A DNA stretch of 64,000 bases from positions 1,312,001 to 1,376,000 of the forward strand of contig CAVRVY010000003.1 in NCBI GenBank assembly GCA_963724765.1. Reading direction: 5' to 3'. The position numbers were made by a program, and so were the translations under genes. The DNA is from an uncultured delta proteobacterium (lineage in GTDB: Bacteria; Desulfobacterota; Binatia; Binatales; Binataceae). The notes under the pieces were generated by a model, which did no database searches, was not told the DNA's origin, and saw nothing but the letters and a program-made list of their open reading frames with translations. Position 1 is the first letter of the stretch; each line of letters starts with the position of its first letter. Below are positions 9,411-18,455 of this stretch, in pieces.

Positions 9411-10943
9411 TTAGCGGTCTAGAAAGTTAGGTAGACAGCTTTCCAGTATTCTAAGGTCGCCGTCCAACCGCCACTTTAGTGTTAGAGCTACGGCGCAATC
9501 GAGATAGGCCTGGGTATAGTTCGGCTTAAGTTGAAGGGCTTTTTTATATTTATCAATAGACCCATCGATATCTTGCTTACCGAGGAGCAGCGCGTCACCC
9601 CAGGCGTCATAGAACTCTGGACCACCTTTACTCGCAGAAAGGTCCGCGATTTTCTCCCCTTCTTGAAAAGTAGCGAGCGCGCTATCTATCTCCGCTTCCA
9701 TAAAAAGTGCTTTTCCCAAGTCAGCATACGACACCGCGCTTTTCGGTGCCAATTTGATGGCCGTTCTATACGCTTGTTCGGCCCGTATCGGATCATTCTC
9801 GCCGTAGAGCAGCGCCTTTCCCAAGTCGTCGTAGGCTAACGCGTTGTCTGGAGCGACTGCGATTGCCTTTTGAAATTTACTTACAGCTTCTTCGTACTTG
9901 TGCTCCTCGGCCAGCGCTACACCCCAATCTAGGTAAGCAGTAGAAAAATTAGGGTTGATTTCTATAGCTTGCTGAAATTGCTCGATTGCATAGTTCAGGG
10001 CAGCCTTCGCGCCGGTTTGATGCGCCCATTTGAGAAGCGCGACACCCAAATTATAGTAAGTAGTGGCGTTCTTCGGGTCGTATTTCACTGACAGTCGGAA
10101 CTGCTCAAACGCTTCATTGAATTTGCCCAATTGTACGAGCGCATTACCCTAATTATTATAAGCTAGTGCGGACTTATGATCGAGGTCAATACATTTTCTA
10201 AACTGTTCAATAGCTCCTTTAATATTACCTTGATTCAGCAACACGCGACCCAGGTTGTTGTGCGGGTCTGCGAGCGTTGGGTCTTCTTTTATCGATGTTT
10301 CGAATAGCTGAATTGCTTTTGCCGGATCTTTCTCGACTGCGTTAGCGTAAAGCCCCAGAATAAAAGGATTTTGATACCTAAGAATTTCCTGAGCCACAAC
10401 GTTGATAGCAGCTTGCGGAGAAGTTGTCGGTATCTCATCTTTTGTCGATCTGCGATCCGAATCGGAATGGCTGAACCTGGTTGTGATAGCCAGGTGTTGA
10501 GACGATTCATGACTTCCGGCCGTTTTAGAAACCGCGTTGGGCATCAGGACGATTTCTCCGCTGACCCGAAGAGGCTCAAGTCGAAGAAAATCTTGGAGTA
10601 TCTCTACAACGGTCTTAAAGGACAGACCCGTAGCGGGCACTTCGACATCGAGCATTGATTGGCTGTCGGGAACGGAAAAGTTATCTTTTCGCGCGGTCCG
10701 GGCGTGGTTCTCGATGTTGATTACCTGATCAACTATCTGGTTATCGATAGCTTCGGGAGTATAGCCGGCGTCTTCAAAAGCTTTAGGTACCGAGAACAAT
10801 CCCAATCGAACTACACGGGGGCGGAAGGTTTCGCTAACAAGTTTGTATAGGATCGCCACGCTCAGGATGAAAATGGCAAGTTTAGAAATACGGCGCATCA
10901 CACTTCCGGCGTCGATTCCTCGTGTTCGACACCATTTATACAA
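9411..10943 (-). pseudogene. Membrane-anchored TPR protein interrupted by an in-frame TAG
   Basis: ORFs 10149-10943 and 9411-10130 share one frame and join as ...SALAYNN*GNALVQLGKF; multiple TPR repeats; visibly AT-richer than flanks. Confidence 0.8.
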
Positions 10944-11355
10944 GTCGAAGAACCTCGATGGCGTAGCGCGAACCTTGGCCCAGAGCAGACGCCAACTGCC
11001 GGGAGTTGCCCCGGTCGCCCTGCAGACCTTGTTGGTGAGAGTTATTTCTTTTCTCCAGCCGGCGGTTTGCGCAAAATCTCGATTATCTCGGTTTCTCTGA
11101 GAAAACGCCCGCGCTCGTCACGGGATGCCGTGCGCGCGCGTTCGCGCCCAGCGCGCACTTGATGTGGGTTGCGCGCTAAAGCATGGCCGCATCGCGCACA
11201 CAAGTCTGCTCGTTCGAAGCTGTATCGCTGCTGGATTCTCGGCTGGTCTCACTTCTGGGCTGGACGCGTGACGCTTTGAGCTTACTAGCCGCTTGAGTAA
11301 CTGCTTGGGCCACCGCATGGTGAGCGCTATTTTACCGTCTGGAAATGCGCGCTAC

Positions 11356-11416
11356 AAAAAGCCGCGCCCCGGTTCGTCCACAAGTCGGGCGGTTGCCCTC
11401 TGTGGCGCCGGGGCGC
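11356..11416 (-). terminator. Candidate intrinsic terminator / long hairpin downstream of tRNA-Sec
   Basis: Nested stems GCGCCCCGG/CCGGGGCGC, CCACA/TGTGG, GGGC/GCCC, followed by a T5 tract on the minus strand. Confidence 0.45.
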
Positions 11417-11427
11417 AAACTCGCTGA

Positions 11428-11530
11428 ATGGTGCTGGGCGGCTGGACCGACAAGATTTACAGCCGCTACGCTATCGGGGCGGAGAGCGAGCTTGCCTCTG
11501 CCGGGGGCCTCGCCTGAGCGACTACCTGAA
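11428..11530 (+). pseudogene. Tyrosine integrase C-terminal relic
   Basis: Reads MVLGGWTDKIYSRYAIGAESELASAG, then after a frameshift LSDYL; resembles the box II/catalytic Tyr region and abuts the tRNA 3' end. Confidence 0.6.
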
Positions 11531-11592
11531 ACGCTCCGGTTGGCACACTGGTGGCACCGAGGCAGAAAATTTAATCAAAGCAAAGGGAATTC

Positions 11593-11688
11593 TGGTGGAA
11601 GAGGGAAGGAGTCGAACCTTCCGGCAAGCGTATTGCCCGCCAGGCCGGTTTTGAAGACCGGTGGGGCCACCGGGCCCCTTCCTCCTCC
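11593..11688 (-). tRNA. selC: tRNA-Sec (anticodon UCA)
   Basis: 96 nt; 8-bp acceptor GGAGGAGG/CCTCTTCC, 6-bp D stem GGGGCC/GGCCCC, CCGGT-CTTCAAA-ACCGG, long variable arm, 5-bp T stem, encoded CCA. Confidence 0.95.
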
Positions 11689-11969
11689 GTTCGTGCAACG
11701 GCGCCGCCTAAGCGGCCCGCATCATAGCAGGCGATCTCTCCCAGCGGTATGTTCGCGACATGGAGGGCCGGGATCTCATTGAGGTCATGGTCGAGCAAGC
11801 GGTCCGGCGGAGCGCAGCACGGTCAAGCCTGGGAAAAAGCTGTGCGATGGTGGCAGAGAGTTGCGGAGGTCTCGTGTGAGTTTCCGCGTGAGCGCGTGAA
11901 GCCTTTATGCGATCATTGCAGTGATCAGCCGCGCAATTCATTCACTCCGAACGTTTAAAGCGAGGTCGG

Positions 11970-12746
11970 ATGTCACACGTTTCCAATAGTCTACCGGCGG
12001 AGTTCCGCCGAGGTCTTTATGAGGCAGTTTTTCGTCGGCGCGACATACGCGAGTTCCGTCCCGATCCAATCCCGGACGAAGTCCTCGCACGTGTGTTAGT
12101 AGCAGCTCATCACGCAGGTAGCGTAGGGTTCACACAACCTTGGAATTTCCTGATTGTGCGGGATTTCAAACGTCGTCGTGCGATAAAGCGGCTCTTTGAG
12201 GAAGAACGCGCAAGTAACGCGAATCAGTTCGATGGCGTTCGCCGCGACAAATTCCTCTCGCTTAAGCTTGAGGGTATTTTGGAAGCTCCGCTCAATTTGA
12301 TCGTAACCTGCGAGCGTGGACGCTTCGGTCCAGGAGTCCTCGGCAAGACCGCGATCGAGGACGTCGAGATTTATTCGACCTGTCTCGCTGTGGAAAATCT
12401 ATGGCTCTCCGCGCGCGCTGAAGGTTTGGGCGTAGGATGGGTCAGCATATTGCGCAACGACGAGATCCGAACGATCTTTCGAATACCCGAGTCAATCCTG
12501 CCTATAGCCTACCTTTGCATCGGCTATGTCGATGCGTTTCCGCCTCGTCCAATGCTTGAGCGCTTGGGTTGGGCCGAACGGTTGTCACCACGAGAGCTGC
12601 TTCGTTTCGATTCATGGGACAACGGACCGTGTGAGACTGAGAATCTTTCGCGACTAGTCGAAGACCCGACAATCTGGCGTGATATCTTTCCGGCCGACAG
12701 AAGCTCCCAGACGGATGGGCCGGAACCGACCAAGGTGACTCCTTGA
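11970..12746 (+). CDS. bluB: 5,6-dimethylbenzimidazole synthase
   Basis: RRDIREF, AHHAGSVGFTQPW, LKLEGILEAP, YSTCLAVENLWLSARAEGLGVGWVS. Confidence 0.88.
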   Translation: MSHVSNSLPAEFRRGLYEAVFRRRDIREFRPDPIPDEVLARVLVAAHHAGSVGFTQPWNFLIVRDFKRRRAIKRLFEEERASNANQFDGVRRDKFLSLKLEGILEAPLNLIVTCERGRFGPGVLGKTAIEDVEIYSTCLAVENLWLSARAEGLGVGWVSILRNDEIRTIFRIPESILPIAYLCIGYVDAFPPRPMLERLGWAERLSPRELLRFDSWDNGPCETENLSRLVEDPTIWRDIFPADRSSQTDGPEPTKVTP

Positions 12747-12886
12747 TGTTCACGCGACCTGTCGAAGCCGTCAGCAGAAACAGTCGGGAATTGGCGCGAT
12801 TGCCAGAAAATCAGTAGATGTTTTCAGGCAGCAATCCGAGTATCAATACAGACATCAATTGTGATGAGCGCAAAGGATCCACGAAA

Positions 12887-13975
12887 TTGACCACTGAAGA
12901 ATTTCGCGCTGAGTGGTCTGCGCATCTCGATTCCGCGGCGCGGGACGAAATTCGCGAAACCCGCTTCGTGTACGTTCCCGCCAACCGCCCTCCATGGACC
13001 GCCACCGGAATCGAACTCGCTCCCGGCGAACAAGTGAGTATTTTCTCCGCAGGGCGCGCGTGGCTCGCCGCGAACAGCGCCGTCTGGCAAGGTTCGCATT
13101 TCGCGCTCTGGTTCCGAATCGGTGGAAAAGCGCCTATTTTCCGCGCCTCGCGAGGCTCGCGCACTTTCGTGGTTCAACAGGCGGGCGAGTTGGAGATGGC
13201 CAATATTTTTCCAACCATGTGGGCTGACGAATCCGGCGCGGCCGCGGCGACGGCCGAACTGTTTAAGCGGGCCGCCGGCGGCTTCGACGTGCTCGTGATT
13301 CGGTGGCGCAAGGACGCGGAAGCGGGACTTGAGCAACTCGCCCGCGGGAGCGCCCACAGCGCTCGAATTGCGGCTGGCGAGCTCGCGTCGGTGCGCCAGC
13401 CGCCGCAACCGCCCGCGGGCTGGAAATATCTATGGATGGTCGGTGAATCCGAGGTTTTCAGCGAGATCGAACAGGGCGTCATTCGATGCGACGTCGCTGA
13501 CGAGGCGGCAATTCTTCAAAAGCCCATATCGGCGCTGTTCGATTCCGACACGCAGGTTAGCTGGTCGTGGAAGATCGACTCGCTCCCGACCACAGGTGAC
13601 GAAAGTTCTCTTTCCAACCACGACTATCTGAGCATCGCCGTCGAATTCGATAACGGCCGGGACCTCACCTATTTCTGGAGCGCCGCGCTGGCGCCGGAAA
13701 CCAGTTTTCATTGTCCGGTCTCGATGTGGCGCGGGCGCGAGACGCACCTGGCTGTCCGCACCGGCAACTCCGATCTCGGACGCTGGATAAACGAGAAGCG
13801 CAATCTCTGGAACGACTACGCTAAAGCGATCGGCGGCCCATCGCCCGCACGTATCGTTGCCGTCTGGCTCATCGCGGTCAGCAACTTCCGCCACGGACAC
13901 GGGCGATGTGAGTATCGCGAGATTGAATTGATAGACGGCAGCGGTACCCGAATACCCGTGACCGCGCGACGTTAG
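12887..13975 (+). CDS. DUF3047-like domain protein
   Basis: C-terminal WSWKIDSLP...HDYLSIAVEFDNGRDLTYFWS...W...RNLWNDY; probable TTG start at 12887 after AAGGA (ORF open from 12818). Confidence 0.65.
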   Translation: MTTEEFRAEWSAHLDSAARDEIRETRFVYVPANRPPWTATGIELAPGEQVSIFSAGRAWLAANSAVWQGSHFALWFRIGGKAPIFRASRGSRTFVVQQAGELEMANIFPTMWADESGAAAATAELFKRAAGGFDVLVIRWRKDAEAGLEQLARGSAHSARIAAGELASVRQPPQPPAGWKYLWMVGESEVFSEIEQGVIRCDVADEAAILQKPISALFDSDTQVSWSWKIDSLPTTGDESSLSNHDYLSIAVEFDNGRDLTYFWSAALAPETSFHCPVSMWRGRETHLAVRTGNSDLGRWINEKRNLWNDYAKAIGGPSPARIVAVWLIAVSNFRHGHGRCEYREIELIDGSGTRIPVTARR

Positions 13976-14061
13976 ACGCAGCGATCCTGGAGGTATCCGC
14001 TCTCCGGAATTTGAGGACCGGTGCCGCGTCGCCCGGCTTCATATCGTCCGCATATCGCCCG

Positions 14062-15372
14062 CTACTTCGCGCCGTGCCACTTCGCCATGTGATTTACGTG
14101 CGTGTCGAGGTAAAAATCGTCGCCGAAGAAGCGGTCGTAGAATTCCATCTCGCAATGCTGCGCTTGCGCATAGGCGCGCATGTAAAAGCTCGGCACCGTC
14201 GCGGGGAAACGTCCGAAGTTGTCGTAGATGTACTGTGCAACCTCGCCCATCAGCTCGATGAACTCGGGGCTGTAGCGTTCAACGCGCGCCTTGACGCGAG
14301 GGCTCTCGCGGTACGGCCCGGGCCGCTCGGGGTCGAACGCGCCATTGGGTCCAAACTTGAGGTCGACAAATTTCTTCACCGCCGCGCGCATGTCGGCGCA
14401 ATACGGAGGACACAGCCCCTCGAAGTGTTGATCGATTCCAACCGGATTCGGCACTGCCCAGCGCGCGTCGGCGGCGAAGCGGAAGCCGAGTCCGGGAATT
14501 CCTTTGGCGGCGAACGCGCCCATCAGGCTTGGCGGATTGATCCCCGTATACATCCATCCGCCGAGCCCCATCGCCTGCATCGCGAGCACGATGTTGTGGC
14601 ACATCAGGGCCAGCTCCATCGCGCCCGTCGCCAAGCAGTACTGGTCGAACTCGAAAATCGAAAACCGCTTGGCGCCGTCGATCAGGCCCGTCCGCATGAA
14701 GCGATCGAGGTCACCGCACACCCGGCCGTTTTGCGGATCGACCGGCGTAAATCCCATCCCGAGGTACACCGCCATCAGGTCCATCATCTGCTGCGTCAGA
14801 TCGATCACCGGAACGAAGAGCGTAGTGCCCGGCTTGTTCGCATTCCATAGATTATGGGCGCTCGTGTGCGGTGGCTGGGCCGGGACGGTGACGCGTCCGG
14901 GCGCGAGCTTGACGCAGTGCTGCTTGACGGAATCGAAAAGCGCGGCCAAATCAGCCGGTCGATTGCCGCCGAGGATGTCTTGCGGGTCGAGGTCGCGCAG
15001 TTGCGTCAGGTAGGTGCCGTCGTCGTCGGTGAAGATCAGCTCGGAGGCGTAGATCGCCGCGCCGCTCGGATAAGTCCGGCCGAGCAGCCGCATCGGGTAA
15101 TTGCATCCAGTGTCCGGGTCGCCGGCCGAAGTATGTTCCATCCCGGTGTTCCATCCGTTTATCCCCGCGCCGCACATCACCAGCAGCATCCGTTCCGTAT
15201 CGTTGAGCGCGACCGGCTCGTGCTGCGATTCATAGGCGAGCGGGCCGTCGGGAATTTTCATCCCCAGGCCGAAGCGGCGCGCGCGCCGGCCGAACATCGC
15301 ACCGAGCAGCGGAAACGAGGAAAGCTCACGCACCAACGCTTCGGGAGTGGGAGCGGATTTTTTTTCCGCCAT
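14062..15372 (-). CDS. Uncharacterised protein, probable nitroreductase-like fold
   Basis: GRRARRF FMN-phosphate-like motif, RTYPSGA, CHNIVLAMQAMGLGGW; RBS AGAGGA. Confidence 0.6.
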   Translation of the reverse strand: MAEKKSAPTPEALVRELSSFPLLGAMFGRRARRFGLGMKIPDGPLAYESQHEPVALNDTERMLLVMCGAGINGWNTGMEHTSAGDPDTGCNYPMRLLGRTYPSGAAIYASELIFTDDDGTYLTQLRDLDPQDILGGNRPADLAALFDSVKQHCVKLAPGRVTVPAQPPHTSAHNLWNANKPGTTLFVPVIDLTQQMMDLMAVYLGMGFTPVDPQNGRVCGDLDRFMRTGLIDGAKRFSIFEFDQYCLATGAMELALMCHNIVLAMQAMGLGGWMYTGINPPSLMGAFAAKGIPGLGFRFAADARWAVPNPVGIDQHFEGLCPPYCADMRAAVKKFVDLKFGPNGAFDPERPGPYRESPRVKARVERYSPEFIELMGEVAQYIYDNFGRFPATVPSFYMRAYAQAQHCEMEFYDRFFGDDFYLDTHVNHMAKWHGAK

Positions 15373-15469
15373 GATGGTTCGTCCTCTTTTATTGTTCCCG
15401 TCTGTATTGATCCGGCGCGGGTCTTTTCGGACCGCCTATCGTAGCAAAGATCGGTCGTCGCGCAGGAGC

Positions 15470-17284
15470 TTATGTGGGAGGGTTTTGATCGTGGGAGGCG
15501 CGTTGCTTGGCCGGTCCGTGCGCCATCGAAATGTTATAGGCGCTGTTGATGAGCGAGATGTGGGAGAAGGCCTGCGGAAAATTGCCGAGTTGGCGTTTGA
15601 GTTTCGGGTCATACTCCTCGGATAGCAGGCCGACATCGTTGCGCAGTTCGAGCAGCCGGCAGAATATCTCATGCGCCTGCTCATGGCGGCCCATCGCTTC
15701 CAGGCAATCGGCCAGCCAGAACGTGCAGGGCAGGAAAACGCCCTCGCCCGGAGGTAGGCCGTCGACCGCGCCGTCGGGCAGGTAGCGCAGCACCAGTCCA
15801 TCGCTCATCAGCTCGCGCTGAATAGCTTCGACGGTGCTGACTACGCGCTGATCGTTCGCCGGCAGGAAACCCACCAGCGGCATCATCAGCAGCGATGCGT
15901 CGAGCGCGTCGGAGCCGTAGTACTGAACGAATGCTCCGCGCGAGGCGTTGAAGCCCTGGCGGCAAACGTCGTCGTGGATGCGCGTGCGCAAGGCGCGCCA
16001 CTTTTCCAGCGGCCCCTTAACTCCCGTACGCTCGACCGCCTTGACCGCGCGATCCACCGCCACCCACGCCATCATGCGCGAATGCACGAAGGGGCGGCGC
16101 GGGCCGCGCACCTCCCAGATGCCTTCGTCGGGTCTTTCCCAGGCCGTCTCCAAAAAGTCGAGCAGCACGCGCTGCACCCGCCAGGCATCGTCGTCGGCGC
16201 GCAGGCCATAGCGGCTCGCGACGTGCAGCGTGTCTATGATCTCGCCGTAAACGTCGAGCTGGAACTGCTCATGGGCGGCGTTGCCGATCCGCACCGGATG
16301 ACTTTCCTCGTAGCCCGGCAGCCACGACACCTCGAACTCGGTGAGGCGGCGTTCGCCGGCGAGCCCGTACATGATCTGCAACTCCTGCGGATGGCCCGCG
16401 ACGGCGCGCAGCAGCCATCGCCGCCACGCTTGCGCCTCCTCGGTATAGCCGGCGATGAGCAGGGCATAGAGTGTGAAGGTCGCGTCGCGCAGCCAGCAGT
16501 AGCGATAATCCCAGTTGCGCACGCCGCCGATCTTCTCCGGCAGCGAGGTCGTGACGGCGGCGACGATCGCGCCGGTGGGGCTGTAGGTCAGCGCCTTGAG
16601 CGTGATGAGCGAGCGCATCACGGCCTCGCGCCAGGGTCCGCTGAAAGTGCATTGCGCCGACCATTGTTGCCACCAGGCCTCGGTGTCGCGCAGCATTTCG
16701 GCCGGGTCCCGGCCGCGCGGCTCGCCCAGGTGTGAAGGGTAGCGTGTCATCACAAAGGCGACGTTCTGTCCCTCGGCAACTTCGAATTCGCCCACGGTGC
16801 GAAAGTCTTCGCCGCGGAGATCGATCGGCGAGCGTAGTTGCACCGCGTCCGGGCCGGCGATCGCGCGCAAGCCGTACTGGCGCCGCCTCACCCATGGAAC
16901 GGTGCGGCCGTACTCGAAACGCAGGATCGCCTCGGTGCGCATCGGCACCCGGCCCGCGCGCCCTTCGACCACGCGCACCAGGTCGGCTCTGCCGAATCGT
17001 TCGGCGATCGGCATGAAATCGATCACCGCGGCCGTGCCGCCGGCGCATCGGAACTCCGTTTCGAGGATCAGCGTATCGCCGCGGTAGCGGCGGCTCGTCT
17101 GATACGGCTGATCGCGCGGGGCGATCAGCCAGCGCCCATTGTCGGGAGTGCCCAGCAGGGCCGCGAAGCAGGCTGCGGAGTCAAACCGCGGCATGCACAG
17201 CCAGTCGATCGAGCCGTCAAGCCCGACCAGCGCGGCCGTGTGCATATTGCCGATAAGCGCGTAATCCTCGATTCGTAGTGCCAC
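15470..17284 (-). CDS. Glycoside hydrolase family 15 (trehalase/glucoamylase-like)
   Basis: IEDYALIGN, RNWDYRYCWLRD, QLDVYGE, GLLSEEYD, GNFPQAFSH. Confidence 0.93.
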   Translation of the reverse strand: MALRIEDYALIGNMHTAALVGLDGSIDWLCMPRFDSAACFAALLGTPDNGRWLIAPRDQPYQTSRRYRGDTLILETEFRCAGGTAAVIDFMPIAERFGRADLVRVVEGRAGRVPMRTEAILRFEYGRTVPWVRRRQYGLRAIAGPDAVQLRSPIDLRGEDFRTVGEFEVAEGQNVAFVMTRYPSHLGEPRGRDPAEMLRDTEAWWQQWSAQCTFSGPWREAVMRSLITLKALTYSPTGAIVAAVTTSLPEKIGGVRNWDYRYCWLRDATFTLYALLIAGYTEEAQAWRRWLLRAVAGHPQELQIMYGLAGERRLTEFEVSWLPGYEESHPVRIGNAAHEQFQLDVYGEIIDTLHVASRYGLRADDDAWRVQRVLLDFLETAWERPDEGIWEVRGPRRPFVHSRMMAWVAVDRAVKAVERTGVKGPLEKWRALRTRIHDDVCRQGFNASRGAFVQYYGSDALDASLLMMPLVGFLPANDQRVVSTVEAIQRELMSDGLVLRYLPDGAVDGLPPGEGVFLPCTFWLADCLEAMGRHEQAHEIFCRLLELRNDVGLLSEEYDPKLKRQLGNFPQAFSHISLINSAYNISMAHGPAKQRASHDQNPPT

Positions 17285-17288
17285 CCGG

Positions 17289-18455
17289 TTAACCTCGATT
17301 CAAATTTACTCCACGTAGCGCTCGGTCGCCCGCGGCGTTCGCCACGACTTCGCGGTAAACCTCGAGCGTGCGCCGGGCCATCAGCTCATCGCTGAACTCC
17401 TCGCGCACTCGCTGGCGCGCCGCCGCGCCCATCGCGGCGCACCGCGCCGGATCATCGAGCAGCGCGCTCAGCGCCGCCGCCAGAGCCGCCGGGTCGCTCG
17501 GCGGCACAGTCAACCCCGTCAATCCATCCAGCGAGACGTGGGGCACGGCAGAGTCGAGCCGCGTGTTGACCACCGGCTTCCCGCACGCCATCGCCTCGAG
17601 CTGTACGATACCGAAGGCCTCGCTACGCTCGACCGAGGGCAGCGTGAAGACGTCGCAGGCGTGATAGCACGCCTTCAAATCGGCGTCGTTGACGCGGCCC
17701 AGCAGCGCGATCCGATCGGCGATGCCGAGCCGTGCGGCCTCGGCCGACAGCGCGCCGCCCAGCGGTCCGTCGCCGGCGATCAGGGCGGTCGCCCGCACGT
17801 CCGCCATCGCGCGCACCAGGTGTTCGAAGCCCTTATAGTAGATGAGGCGGCCGACGCCGAGCACGATGCGTGTGCCGTAGCGGCGGCGCAACTCGGCGAC
17901 GCGCGCGGCATCGGGATGCTCGAAGGCGGCGGCGCGGATGCCGAACGGAATTACGTGGCACAGCTTGCGCCGTGCGCTGAGCACCGCGGAGGTTTCGACA
18001 TAGGCGGTCGAACCGACGATGATCGCGGCGCATTGCCGCAGCAACAGTGAGAGTAGCGGCGCGAAGGCCGCGGCCGCGCGCCGCTGGCGTACCACGTCGC
18101 TATGCCAGGTGACAACTATCGGCGCGTCGAGCCGGCTCATGAGGCAGGCCAGCGCGGCCATCGGGTTTGGAAAATGCAGATGGACCACGTCGGGGCGCGC
18201 CCGGCGCATCGCGAGAGCCATCAGCGGCACGATCGGAGTGCCGTGAAGCATCAGCGCGGTGGCGAGCCGCGTGACTTCAACGCCGCCCTGCATCGAGCGC
18301 TCGCTGCGCCATCGATCGCTCGCCACCAGGACTTCGATCTTTATCGATTTGCTCAGCTCTTCGCAGAGGGTCTGGAGATGCGACTCCATGCCGCCGGGGT
18401 AGGGCGGGTAAAACTTGCCCACGTGTAGGACCTTGAGTGGCGCAGTCCCCGTCAT
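17289..18455 (-). CDS. Glycosyltransferase family 4
   Basis: LHVGKFYPP, GRLIYYKG, EAFGIVQLEAMACG; start MTGTAPLKV overlaps the upstream stop. Confidence 0.9.
   Translation of the reverse strand: MTGTAPLKVLHVGKFYPPYPGGMESHLQTLCEELSKSIKIEVLVASDRWRSERSMQGGVEVTRLATALMLHGTPIVPLMALAMRRARPDVVHLHFPNPMAALACLMSRLDAPIVVTWHSDVVRQRRAAAAFAPLLSLLLRQCAAIIVGSTAYVETSAVLSARRKLCHVIPFGIRAAAFEHPDAARVAELRRRYGTRIVLGVGRLIYYKGFEHLVRAMADVRATALIAGDGPLGGALSAEAARLGIADRIALLGRVNDADLKACYHACDVFTLPSVERSEAFGIVQLEAMACGKPVVNTRLDSAVPHVSLDGLTGLTVPPSDPAALAAALSALLDDPARCAAMGAAARQRVREEFSDELMARRTLEVYREVVANAAGDRALRGVNLNRG

Noticed and set aside
10149-10151. Selenocysteine recoding of the TPR stop by the nearby tRNA-Sec
   Set aside because: Codon is TAG, not TGA, and the position aligns to W/L rather than Cys
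11345-11782. 145-aa ORF spanning the tRNA
   Set aside because: Overlaps tRNA-Sec on the opposite strand; composition is not protein-like
11689-11969. Cobalamin riboswitch upstream of bluB (also sought at 46060-46210)
   Set aside because: Conserved B12-box elements were not recognisable by eye; an Infernal search would be needed
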